The translations under genes were made by a program, and so were the position numbers. Below the pieces are notes generated by a model, which saw only the letters and a list, made by a program, of their open reading frames with translations, was not told the origin of the DNA and made no database searches. Below are positions 50,010 through 63,455 of a stretch of 64,000 nucleotides of DNA, one piece after another. The stretch spans positions 558,001 to 622,000 of the forward strand of contig JAQGDQ010000065.1 of assembly GCA_030141605.1 (NCBI GenBank). The letters run 5' to 3'. The DNA comes from Tubiluchus corallicola (taxonomy: Eukaryota > Animalia > Priapulida). The first letter of the stretch is position 1, and each line of letters starts with the position of its first letter.

Positions 50010-53000
50010 TCATTGGCAGACATCTAGTTAAGCAGAGGGTATCTACATCCAATCGCATTCATCAATTAAGATACACAGACAAACTGCAACAACTAGTGAG
50101 AACTCATCTAGAGCACACATATCGACAGAAGAAATCTACTGACAATCTCAAGTATCTAATCAGAAGACTTATACAAGCAATATTAATTATCTGAAAAGAG
50201 ACATATACAGACAGCCTGAAGCACCTTGTCAGAAGACGTGTGATCAAACACAAGTATCTACTAGAACGACCTATTGTCAAACTCAGGTACTTGATCACAA
50301 GAAAACTACAACCAACTTCACCACCTGATGAAGAGACATCTACTGGCATCGACAGCCATCTGGTAAGAGAACGTCTGCAAGCAATCTGAAACATCTATTA
50401 ACAATCTAGTCATAGGAGGCCCACATCCAATCTTATTCGTATTATAAGGTCTACAGACAACTTGAAACGTCTAATCAGAACTCAACTAGAACCATCTCAA
50501 ACATCTGGACAGATGGAATCGACTGCCAATCTCAAATATCTGATCACAAGACTTGCGCAAGCAGGGCAATGTTAAGCACCTGAATACAGGCATACACAGA
50601 CAGCCTCAATTAGCTTGTCAGCACGCACGCACGGCCAAACGCAAGCACCTTGTAGGAAAAGTGCTATTGTCAATCTCAGGTATTTGATCAAAGGAAATCT
50701 GCAGGGAAGCAATTATATGGTAAGGTTACATGGATTCAGGCAAGTTTGGTAAAAAGACACCTACAAGCAATCTACTAATACCTCAGGTCTGAAGACAACT
50801 TCATCCATTCCAAAACATCTAGTTAAAACCTAAAGACAAAATTAAACGTCTCATCTGATCTCAACTAGTCAAACTGAAAAATCTGGACAGATGCAGTCTA
50901 CTGCTAGGTTCAGGCATCTGGTCAAAATACTTCTTCCGGAAATTTTAAGCATCTCAATAGAGACATTGCGCAGATAACCTAAATTAGCTGATCAGTAGGC
51001 ACGCACGGCTAAACGCAAGCACCTGGCAGGAAAAGTTCAATTCCCAAACTCATGTACTTCTGGTCAGAAAGAAACTACAACCGTCTTCACCACCTGATGA
51101 GAAGACATCTACTGGCAAATCTACAAGCATCTAGCAAGAGAATGCCTTCGCACTATCTCAGCCATCTACAGAAGACGCCTACAAGCAATCTGAAACACTC
51201 TGCTTGACAATCTAGTCAGAGGGCATCCAGATCCAATCACATTCAACTCTTAGGATCTACAGACAACCTAAGACGTCTAATCAAAGCTCGTCTAAAACAA
51301 TCTCAAACATCTGCACAGGTGAAGTCGACAGCCAATCTCAAATATCTAATCACAAGACTTGCGCAAGCAGGGCAATGTTAAGCACCCTGAATAGAGGTAT
51401 ACACAGTCAGCCTCAATTAAATTGTCAGCACGCACGCACGGCCAAACGCAAGCAGCTTGTAGGAAAAGTGCTATTGTCAATGTCAGGTATTTGATCAAAG
51501 AAAATCTGCAGGGAAGCAATTATATAGTAAAGTTACATGGATTCAGGCAAGTTTGGTAAAAAGACACCTACAAGCAATCTACTAATACCTCAGGTCTGAA
51601 GACAACTTCATCCATTCCAAAACATCTAGTTAAAACCTAAAGACAAACTTAAACGTCTCATCTGAACTCAACTAGTCAAACTGAAAAATCTGGACAGATG
51701 CAGTCTACTGCTAGGTTCAGGCATCTGGTCAAAAGACTTCTTCCGGAAATTTTAAGTATCTCAATAGAGACATTGCGCAGATAACCTAAGTTAGCTGATC
51801 AGTAGGCACGCACGGCTAAACGCAAGCACCTAGCAGGAAAAGTTCAATTCCCAATCTCATGTACTTCTGGTCAGAGAGAAACTACAACCGTTTTCACCAC
51901 CTGATGAGAAGACATCTACTGGCAAATCTACAAGCATCTAGCAAGAGAACGCCTTCGGACTATCTCAGCCATCTACAGAAGACGCCTACAAGCAATCTGA
52001 AACACTCTGCTTAACAATCTAGTCAGAGGGCATCCAGATCCAATCACATTCAACTCTTAGGATCTACAGACAACCTAAGACGTCTAATCAGAGCTCGCCC
52101 AGAACAATCTCAAACATCTGCACAGGTAAAGTCGACAGAGAAATCTCGAATATCTAATCACAAGACTTGCGCAAGCAGGGCAATGTTAAGCACCCTGAAT
52201 AGAAGCATACACAGTCAGCCTCAATTAGCTTGTCAGCACGCACGCACGGCCAAACGCAAGCGCCTTGTAGGAAAAGTGCTATTGTCAATCTCAGGTATTT
52301 GATCAAAGAAAATCTGCAGGGAAGCAATTATATAGTAAGGTTACATGGATTCAGGCAAGTTTGGTAAAAGACACCTACAAGCAATCTACTAATACCTCAG
52401 GTCTGAAGACACCTTCATCCATTCCAAAACATCTAGTTAAAACCTAAAGACAAAATTAAACGTCTCATCTGATCTCAACTAGTCAAACTGAAAAATCTGG
52501 ACAGATGCAGTCTACTGCTAGGTTCAGTCATCTGGTCAAAAGACTTCTACCGGCAATTTTAAGCATCTCAATAGAGACATTGCGTAGATAACCTAAATTA
52601 GCTTATCAGAAGGGTCGCACGGCTAAATGCAAGCACGTGGCAGGAAAAGTTTTCAATTTCATATGCCTGATCAAAAGAAATCTGCGGGGAAGCAATTATA
52701 TAGTAAGGTTACATGGATTCGGGCAAGCTTGGTAAAACGGCACCTACACGCAATCTAGAACATTTACTGATACTACAGGTCCGAAGACACCTTCATCCAT
52801 TCCAAAACATCTAGTTAAAACCTAAAGACAAAATTAAACGTCTCATCTGAACTCAACTAGTCAAACTGAAAAATCTGGACAGATGCAGTCTACTGCTAGG
52901 TTCACTCATCTAGTCAAAAGACTTCTACCGGCAATTTTAAGCATCTCAATAGAGACATTGCGCAGATAACCTTGTAGGAAAAGTTCTATTGTCAATCTTA

Positions 53001-56000
53001 GGTACCTACTCAAAAGAAATCTGCAGGGAAGCAATTATATAGTAAGGTGACATTGATTCACCCAAGCTTGGTAAAACGGCACCTACACGTAATCTAAAAC
53101 ATTCACTGATACCACAGGTCTGAAGACACCTTCATCCATTCCAAAACATCTAGTTAAAACGTAAAGACAAACTTAAACGTCTCATCTGAACTCAACTAGT
53201 CAAACTGAAAAATCTGGACAGATGCAGTCTACTGCTAGGTTCAGGCATCTGGTCAAAAGACTTCTACCGGCAATTTTAAGCATCTCAATAGAGACATTGC
53301 GCAGATAACCTAAATTAGCTAATCAGTAGGCACGCACGGCTAAACGCAAGCACCTGACAGGAAAAGTTCAATTCCCAATCTCATGTACTTCTGGTCAGAG
53401 AGAAACTACAACCGTTTTCACCACCCGATGAGAAGACATCTACTGGCAAATCTACAAGCATCTAGCAAGAGAACGCCTTCGGACTATCTCAGCCATCTAC
53501 AGAAGACGCCTACAAGCAATCTGAAACACTCTGCTTAACAATCTAGTCAGAGGGCATCCAGATCCAATCACATTCAACTCTTAGGATCTACAGACAACCT
53601 AAGACGTCTAATCAGAGCTCGACCAGAACAATCTCAAACATCTGCACAGGTAAAGTCGACAGAGAAATCTCAAATATCTAATCACAAGACTTGCGCAAGC
53701 AGGGCAATGTTAAGCTGAATAGAGGCATACACAGTCAGCCTCAATTAGCTTGTCAGAACGCACGCACGGCCAAACGCAAGCACCTTGTAGGAAAAGTGCT
53801 ATTGTCAATCTCAGGTACCTGATCAAAAGAAATCTGCAGGGAAATAATTATATAGTAAGGTGACATTGATTCACCCAAGCTTGGTAAAACGGCACCTACA
53901 CGTAATCTAAAACATTCACTGATACCACAGGTCTGAAGACACCTTCATCAATTCCAAAACATCTAGTTAAAACGTAAAGACAAACTTAAACGTCTCATCT
54001 GAACTCAACTAGTCAAACTGAAAAATCTGGACAGATGCAGTCTACTGTTAGGTTCAGGCATCTGGTCAAAAGACTTCTACCGGCAATTTTAAGCATCTCA
54101 ATAAAGACATTGCGCAGATAACCTAATTTAGCTTATCAGAAGGCACGCACGGCTAAACGCAAACACCTAGCAGGAAAAGTTCAATTTTCAATTTCATATG
54201 CCTGATCAAAAGAAATCTGCGGGGAAGCAATTATATAGTAAGGTTACATGGATTCGGGCAAGCTTGGTAAAAAGTCACCTACACGCAATCTAGAACATTT
54301 ACTGATACTACAGGTCCGAAGACACCTTCATCCATTCCAAAACATCTAGTTAAAACCTAAAGACAAAATTAAACGTCTCATCTGAACTCAACTAGTCAAA
54401 CTGAAAAATCTGGGCAGATGCAGTCTACTGCTAGGTTCACGCATCTAGTCAAAAGACTTCTACCGGCAATTTTAAGCATCTCAATAGAGACATTGCGCAG
54501 ATAACCTTGTAGGAAAAGTTCTATTGTCAATCTTAGGTACCTACTCAAAAGAAATCTACAGGGAACTCATTATATAGTAAGGTGACATTGATTCACCCAA
54601 GCTTGGTAAAACGGCACCTACACGTAATCTAAAACATTCACTGATACCACAGGTCTGAAGACACCTTCATCCATTCCAAAACATCTAGTTAAAACGTAAA
54701 GACAAACTTAAACGTCTCATCTGAACTCAACTAGTCAAACTGAAAAATCTGGACAGATGCAGTCTACTGCTAGGTTCAGGCATCTGGTCAAAAGACTTCT
54801 ACCGGCAATTTTAATCATCTCAATAGAGACATTGCGCAGATAACCTAAATTAGCTAATCAGTAGGCACGCACGGCTAAACGCAAGCACCTGACAGGAAAA
54901 GTTCAATTCCCAATCTCATGTACTTCTGGTCAGAAAGAAACTACAATCGTTTTCACCACCTGATGAGAAGACATCTACTGGCAAATCTACAAGTATCTAG
55001 CAAGAGAACGCCTTCGGACTATCTCAGCCATCTACAGAAGACGCCTACAAGCAATCTGAAACACTCTGCTTAACAATCTAGTCAGAGGGCATCCAGATCC
55101 AATCACATTCAACTCTTAGGATCTACAGACAACCTAAGACGTCTAATCAGAGCTCGCCCAGAACAATCACAAACATCTGCACAGGTAAAGTCGACAGAGA
55201 AATCTCAAATATCTAATCACAAGACTTGCGCAAGCAGGGCAATGTTAAGCACCCTGAATAGAGGCATACACAGTCAGCCTCAATTAGCTTGTCAGCACGC
55301 ACGCACGGCCAAACGCAAGCGCCTTGTAGGAAAAGTGCTATTGTCAATCTCAGGTATTTGATCAAAGAAAATCTGCAGGGAAGCAATTATATAGTAAGGT
55401 TACATGGATTCAGGCAAGTTTGGTAAAAGACACCTACAAGCAATCTACTAATACCTCAGTTCTGAAGACACCTTCATCCATTCCAAAACATCTAGTTAAA
55501 ACCTAAAGACAAAATTAAACGTCTCATCTGATCTCAACTAGTCAAACTGAAAAATCTGGACAGATGCAGTCTACTGCTAGGTTCAGGCATCTGGTCAAAA
55601 GACTTCTACCGGCAATTTTAAGCATCTCAATAGAGACATTGCACAGATAACCTATATTAGTTTATCAGAAGATACGCACGGCCAAACGCAAGCATACGGT
55701 AGGAAAAGTTCTAATGTCAATCTCATGTACCTCTACTCAGAAAGAAACTACAACCAACTTCACCACCTGATGAGAAGACATCTACTGATTTATCTACAGC
55801 TATCTAGCAAGAGAACGCCTACGGACAATCTTAGGCATCTACAACAGAAGATGTCTACAAGCATTCTGAAACATCTGCTTAACAATCTGTCAGAGGGCAT
55901 CCACATCCAATTACATTCATCTGTTAGGATCTACAGACAACTTAAGACGTCTAATCAGAGGTCGTTTTAGAACAATCTCAAACATCTGCACAGGTGAAAT

Positions 56001-57870
56001 CGATAGCCAATCAAAAGGCTTCCACAAGCAGGGTAATGTTAAGCACCTGAATAGAGGCATACACAGACTGCCTCAATTAGCTTGTCAGAACGCATGCATG
56101 GTCAACCGCAAGCATCTGGTCGGAAAAGTTCTATTGTCAATGTTAGGTACCTGATCAAAAGAAATCTGCTGGGAACTCAATATATAGTAAGGTGACAAAG
56201 ATTCGGGCAAGCTTGGTAAAACGGCACCTACATGCAAACTAAAACATTTACTGTTACTACAGGTCCGAAGACACGTTCATCCATTCCAAATCATCTAGTA
56301 AAACCTAAAGACAAACTTAAACGTCTAGGCAGAACTCAACTAGTCAAACTGAAGAATCTGGATAGATGCAGTCTACTGCTAGCTTGTCAGAAGACACGCA
56401 CGGCCAAACGCAAACATCTGGTAGGAAAAGTTCAAATTGCCAATCTCATGTACCTCTGGTCAGAATAAAGTAATTATATAGTAAGGTTACATGGATTCAT
56501 TCAGGTTTGGTAAAAAGTCACCTACATGCAATCTAAAATATTCAGTGATACCACTGGTCCGAAGACACCTTCATCCATTCCAACTCCTCTAGTAAAACCT
56601 AAAGACAAACTTAAACGTCTAGACAGAACTCAACTAGAACAACCTCAAACATCTGGCCAGATGAAATCGACTGCCAATCTCAAATATCTGATCAAAAGAC
56701 TTCTACAAGCAATTTTAAACATCTCAATAGAGACATTGCTCAGATAACCTAAACTATCTTGTCAGAAGGCACGCACGGCCAAACTCAAGCATCTGGTAGG
56801 AAAAGTTCAATTGCCAATCTCATGTACCTCTGGTTAGAAAGAAACTACAACCAACTTCACCACCTGAGGAGAAGACATCTACTGGCACATCCACAACCAT
56901 CTAGCAAGAGAACGCCTACGGACATTGTCAGCCATCTACAGAAGATGTCTACAAGCAATCTGAAACATCTGTTTAACAATCTAGTCAGAGAGCATCCAGA
57001 TCCAATCACATTCATCTCTTATGATCTACAGACAACCTAAGACGTCTAATCAGAGCTCGTCTGTAACAATGTCAAACATTTGCACAGGTGAAGTCGACAG
57101 CCAATCTCAACCATCTAATCAGAAGACTTCCACAAGCAGGGCAATGTTAAGCACCTGAATGGACGCATACACAGACAGCCTCAATTAGCTTGTCAGAAGG
57201 CACGCACGGCCAAACGCAAGCATCTTGTAGGAAAAGTTCTATTGTCAATCTTAGGTACCTGATCAAAAGAAATCTGCAGGGAACTCATTATATAGTAAGG
57301 TGACATTGATTCAGTCAAGCTTGGTAAAACGGCACCTACACGTAATCTAAAACATTCACTGATACCGCAGGTCCGAAGACACCTTCATCCATTCCAAAAC
57401 ATCTAGTTAAAACCTAAAGACAAACTTAAACGTCTCATCTGAACTAGTCAAACTGAAGAATCTGGACAGATGCAGTCTACTGCTAGGTTCAGGCGTCTGG
57501 TCAAAAGACTTCTATTGGGAATTTTAAGCATCTCAATAGAGACATTGCACAGATAACTTAAATTAGCTTATCAGAAGACACACACGGCCAAACGCAAGCA
57601 ATCTGGGAGGAAAAGTTCAATTGTCAATCTCATGTACCTCTGATCAGAAAGAAACTACAACCAACTTCACCACCTGATGAGAAGACATCTACTGACACAT
57701 CTACAACCATCTGGCAAGAGAACACATACGGACAACCTCAACCATCTACAGAAGACGTCTACAAACAATTTGAAACATCTGCTTAACAATTTAGTCAAAG
57801 GTGATCCACATTCAATCCCATTCATCTGATAAGATCTAGAGACTTAAGACTACAGATCTACAACCTAAAA
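50010..57870. repeat. Higher-order tandem repeat (satellite) array, ~7.9 kb
   Basis: The landmark TATAT(A/G)GTAA(G/A)GT occurs at 50720, 51527, 52335, 52703, 53042, 53855, 54238, 54577, 55394, 56187, 56481 and 57295. The underlying monomer is 33-35 bp, approximately CAATCTCAAGCATCTGGTCAGAAGACATCTACAAG. Confidence 0.97.
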
Positions 57871-60103
57871 CGTTTGAAATTAAATGTCCGACAATTTTAG
57901 TTTTTGAAGCGTTCACTTGCTTTTTCTATGCATAATCTGACTAGTATAAGCGTTTTTAAAGTGTTTATGTACCTGCGTAATTTCTAACGTCTGTCTTGTA
58001 AAACTTTCGTAAGTAATTTTGAATTTTAAAATGCGTTACCGGCATATAAACGTGCTATACTCTCACGACGTACACGTATATGCATATTGCCTTGGGATAA
58101 CAGTAAAAATGATTACTTCAAACAGACTTCCTTTATTTCTTTTTGGTGTTCTGTAACAGGTAATCACGCCAACTCAAGCTGATGTTCAAAGTTTACATGT
58201 TTGAGATTGCGCTGCCTTCTGGGCAATGATATTATGTCTGTATAACAACCTGTCTCTGCTAGATCGCTTACAGCTACTACGAGCGATGTAGCTTCTTATG
58301 TAATTCTAACTGAAATGATTACAGTTGTAATTATTATACTCGCCTAGCTTGTTCATAAAATCATGAATAGCTGTAATAACATCAGCCAAAGGCGAACACC
58401 CACGCTTACGTCACGCTTGAACAGTTAGTGAATTAACAATCTAACTGATGTTTGTTATTTGCTGTCTTATGTCTAACCAGTTTGTCTCTTATGATTAGAG
58501 CGGTTTAAGATTTAGGATTTTAACAGGTTTGAGCAGTTATACTTTTACCAGTAAGATAGCGCGTAGGCAAATTTGTTTTCGGCCATACTAAATATGGAAA
58601 ATACATTAATTTACGTACATAGGAGTAATTCTTGATCATTACCAGCTAGATGTCAAAAATCAGGTTAAGCCGAAATCTCAAAACAGTATTTAAACTCAAA
58701 TGACATCAACACCACATACAAACAACAAAAAGAGACAAACAACTGCAATTAATACAAACTACAACGGCACACACACACACATACAAAATTGCCACCAAAG
58801 GAAAAGAGTCATCGGGTGACTTCCTGGGAAAGATTCAGATTTCGGTCCCTTCTCACTATTTTCAAACTCTCCCGGCAGAGACCTAGTCACATTGACTGCC
58901 GAACCTTAGATGTATTTAATTTCCATTGTGTTGCCAATAATTAGCTGAATTCACGTGCATGTGTGCTTAGCATCGTCTGTGTATATGCAGAATTCTTTCG
59001 GTATGTTTAATTGCGTTTAAATACTAAGTATGTATGCATCCATCTTCTTATTAATAGTTAGCACAGTAATACACACTGGGATGGCTGACTCGATAACTTA
59101 CGTTCATTCACCATCCCTTCACCTGTATATAGTAACGAAAATTAATATTATTATGTTATATTTTGTTTCAATTTTTGTGACATTGTTCTAATATTTTTAC
59201 TAACAGGTGATAAAATAAACGATTTCTAATTCCAATTTCTAATTGTAATTGGCCAGGTTGTTAAATCCGCTTCAAAAAATAATAGAAACTGAACAGCAAT
59301 TTATTTCAAAGAAGCATTTGTACGAAACAAGGTTCGCAAACAGGCGCAAGTTATCATTTGTAATGAATGCCATCCTGGTAATAATTTTTTTGAAATGCTC
59401 CCTTCTAGCCATAGATACCGTTGTCTACGCGCTAAAATTACAATGACGTTTAAATCCTTCTTTGTTGTTGTAGTTCGCATTATCAACAGTAAATTTCAGT
59501 AAACTTGCAATATTCTCTATATCACTGTATACAGCTTATTTGCACTTATGTAACGACTGATTGAATTTATTTGCGTTAAGTTTCTCTGGAAAATTCCTCC
59601 GCACAATTTTCATTATACTAAATGATAATAAAGTGACAATAACTTGCTTTTATTTACTTAATCCGTTATATTACATTACTTTAAAATAACATTACTGTAA
59701 TGTGAAACTTAGAACTAAAACGTAGGTCTCTTATAATGGACCATTAAACCGTTATTATTTAATATGTACTAATTGCTCTTGTTTCATCGTCATTGTAATT
59801 ATCATCATTATAAAAATGTAAAATTCATCACTAATTACGCCAGTATTTTAATTACTTATTCTTGTTTTCGATATAAAAGTAAAAGTACGTTCATTTAGAA
59901 AATTGCTACAAATTAAACTCAATTCAGTATTTGTTTGCTTTCCAGTCGTCCAAGTTTGTTCTCCCGCCTATTTTTACAAAAATTCAATTTTTTTACATAA
60001 AGCTAAAAAGTTAAAAACATGCAATTGAATCGTTAAAATCAGACAAATATTTTCGAAGAATAAAATCAACCATTCATTGTAATAAAATTAAGCGTTTTCG
60101 ACA

Positions 60104-62305
60104 TGGTGTCAAAACCCTGCTTCGACTTTATTAGTCTTTTGGATTATAATGTTTTTACCAGTGTGTTTTGGTGTTCTAACATTTTGTTTTCAGATTCCTA
60201 GTCTAGACATAGTATACTGTGTCCACCCTAACGGTAAGTGTTTATAAACAGCTGTTTATGTTTCCGAAACGGTTCTGACATTTGCAGAATAAACACTGTT
60301 TACAACACAAGTTTTCTATATGCTGATCTGTTTTACCTATGCTAAATATATAGATTGTTAGTGTGTTATTTCCAAGTACAGTATTTTGCAGCGGTTAAAA
60401 TTGTTGCTATTTACAAATTGTTTACATTGATATTTACAGTTTTTTTACATATTTACAGTTCTGTTTTTGCTGCTTGTGTTTTTACTACTCTTGCAAGTTT
60501 GAGCTCTTGTATGCCGCCTAAAGCTCGTCTTCTAGCTGAAGCTGTGATGCCCGGAAACGAGAAGAACCTACAACCTAGTGTACAACCTGCTGCGGTACGG
60601 TCGCTACTATTTCTGTTTTTGCTGGGAGCGCTGCTGCAGGAGCATCAGGTATTGAAGAGAGTAACTACAAACCTCCGCAGTTGCTAGTGTTAGAAATGAC
60701 TCTTGATTAACATATTACTTCTTTAAGTAATGTAATTCGGTTAGCCGAGGATTTGTTAACTGCTAAGTCTGAAGAAATTAGTGAAGATTCGCAAAAATTT
60801 TGCAAACAATTTAGAGTCACCAAGAAATTTCTACGGTCGAAGATTGATGCTATAGCTAGTATTGCTAATTAGTTGTCGTCTTTTGCCACTGATGTTACTC
60901 ATTTACGGCAAGCCAAGACGATCGTCAAATGCAACTTGGAGCTGGAAGATAAAGTCAATCAATTAATCAGGGGGTTGGACACTCAACTTGAAATGTACAT
61001 ACAACCTAATGTTTTTCCAGCGTTTAATGTTTCTACACCTGCGTCACCTGGTGATATACCACACTCTCCTGCTCCTTCTGTTAACTCGAGTCGTTCTCAC
61101 TATTTTGCTAGGTTACCGAAGCTGGAGATATGCTCGTATAAGGGCGACATCATGAAATGGACAGAATGTTGGCAAGTTTTTGAATCCGCGATCCACAGTA
61201 ATCTGGACCTTGATGCGATCCAAAAGTATGGTACTTGGTTGCCACAGCTTCACAAGCTATGGGAATATTTGAGTTATTAGCATATCGCATTTGATAAGAG
61301 CTTTTTCTCAGATTAACCATGTTACGTAAGCTTTCTGGAGAGAGTTTATGTCAACTTTTAAACATCTCTAATGCTTGCAATTTTTTCAATTTTTGTGTGT
61401 TCGTTGCACCGAAAAATGCCAAACTAATGGACAATAGTTGAAGTTAGAAGCTATTTTGGACGCTTTCGTATCTTCTAATTTCAACTATTAGAAGAAACGG
61501 CTATGTATGCTTGTATCGGGCAAGGTTATATAACGCAGGCTGCTTAATGACAGGTAGAAAATCATGAGTCAAAACAACGATTGACGGGTGCGCTATTTTT
61601 GATAGTGGTTCACAGTGTACTTATTTATCTGTAAAGGTAGCTAGGTAACTGGTAGTAGCAGAGACATGTCCATGTTTTACTACGAGGATTAACTTGGTGG
61701 CAAGAAAAAATGTTGTAATACCACTTGTAGTTCGTGCTGTTCAACATATAGTTCCACCCACAGTAAAGAGGTTACTACCTCACGATTTATCTAATGAGTT
61801 CTTGCATAGTTTTGACAAAGAACTGGCAGATGATTATTGTACCGATGTCTCATTTCCAATTAATATTGACTTGATTCTTGGAAATGATTATTATTTTACA
61901 TTGCTGCAACCAGAAAAATATGAAGTTTGTCCTGGTTTATTTCTTTTCAAGTCACTACTTGGTTTTATTCTTGGAGGAATTCTTCCCACTTTCGATGGAG
62001 TGAGGACATCATGTCATCATAAAACCAGTTTATTAAGCATGGAACCTGTTTTGTCTAGTAATGAATTAGTCACTCTCCATGATGGTTTACCGGATAACAG
62101 GTTAGACGTATCGTTAGCCATATTTCGATAAAAATCACTCTGTTCTTAATGACTGTGACATGAATGTTGATCGGTTTTGGACGCTTGATCTTATTGGTAT
62201 TTTAGAGTGTGCTACTGGTAATGGACTAAATGAAAGCTGAGCATAACTTTGTTAACACGGTTGAGCACCAAGATGACGGGCGCTACTACACTTCCTGGCC
62301 ATGGT
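60104..62305 (+). mobile_element. BEL/Pao LTR retrotransposon 5' half (gag, protease, RT start), decayed
   Basis: Translates to LPKLEICSYKGDIMKWTECWQVFESAIHSNLDLDAIQKY (DUF1759), IFDSGSQCTYLS (aspartic protease), IDLILGNDYY, SLLGFILGG, RFWTLDLIGI and DGRYYTSWPW. CA then TGGTGTCAAAACCC at 60102-60117 resembles a tRNA-Phe PBS. Confidence 0.9.
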
Positions 62306-62567
62306 GGAAGAAAGCTTTTCCATATTGCTTTTTAGTTTATTTACAGAAACGTGTGGATCTGAACTATGCGTATAGGTGGAGGTATCATCAACATATGAAA
62401 TAATTTTATCATTTTTTACTGTTGCTGGTATATTACTAACATATATGTTGAACAATAAAGGGCCCAGTATTGTGCCTTTGAGCACATCCTTTTTAATACT
62501 TCTCCACTCTGAATGTATTTATTGAGATAATTTTACTGTTTGAAGTCTATTGCTCATTTAATCATTT
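62305..62567 (-). mobile_element. CR1/L2-like LINE RT fragment
   Basis: Translates to KGTILGPLLFNIYVSNI...ISYVDDTS, preceded by RLQTVKL...EWRSIKKDV. Confidence 0.8.
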
Positions 62568-62568
62568 A

Positions 62569-63455
62569 CTAGCAAAGACCCCGCATAAAATTTTGCGTAT
62601 AAATCCATTTATAATCAACAATGCGCAAACAGTCCTCATTTATAACGCAAAACCAGTAGCAGCTATAGAACCTCCAATTAACTCATCACAGCTCCTCACG
62701 GTGGAGACGTCTTAAAATACAGCCCACATCAACGTGCAGCCTGTTTTTCCTCTTTCTAAAGAGCTATATATATCTTCTTCCGAGAGTCCCACCAGGCGCC
62801 GCTAGAACGTTTCTTCTGCAGGCTGTTTGGCAAAAAATTCGAGTTGGGTTCGCAAAAACGCCTGTTACGGGATACCATGGCCCTCCAGCGAAATCTATAT
62901 ATGCCTACGTACATCTACCGGATATATATGGAAAACGGATTGGTGCTGATAACGCTTGCATAGCCAGTGTTGCACATCACATCACCCAGACCAAACTACA
63001 CCACACCCACTACACCACTCTACCAACAACACACCACAACCACCCTACCACCCCACCCCACCAACAACACCCGCAGCTCACACACCACACACACCAACTT
63101 CATATGGTGATCATGATGACTGTGATGATGATGATGACGACAGTGATGACGACACTTACAACACCAACACCAATACCAACAGTACAGCATCACAGCGAAA
63201 CTATTCAAAATATTTTGCACAAAGTCGAAACTGTGTGCTATAGCAAATGCTCTTAAACCAGTCTACCAATGCTTAATAATGCGAGGACATTCAACATATT
63301 TTTGTGTGCTGCTTCTCATATGATAATAAGCTAGCAGAATTTATTTATATGTACATTCTATAACACTGTAGAACGAAGGGTGGAGACAACGCCTGGAACA
63401 GCCGCAAACTTTTTCAAACTCAAAGACTATGGATGTTCAAAATAGCGTGCAACAC
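62569..63455 (-). mobile_element. Non-autonomous Helitron-like element copy with 3' end
   Basis: Minus strand ends CGCAAAATTTTATGCG hairpin + GGGGTCTTTG + CTAG then T. 62569-62900 matches the 7072 and 39419 copies; 63090-63455 matches 38300-38690. Confidence 0.72.

Noticed and set aside
50720-50739. GTAAGGTTACATGGATTCAG as a 20-nt micro-intron in each unit
   Set aside because: The AG is lost in several copies (TTCAC, TTCGG, TTCAT), and I saw no long ORF restored by removing it.
51065-51110. GAAAC...GTC...CTGATGAG in the satellite as a type-II hammerhead or retrozyme
   Set aside because: Stem I cannot form, and the GTC is not conserved in other units (GTT, ACT).
50010-57870. Repeat array as a CRISPR-like repeat-spacer system
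   Set aside because: There are no unique spacers: the sequence between landmarks is itself repeated. There are no cas-like ORFs, and the context is eukaryotic.
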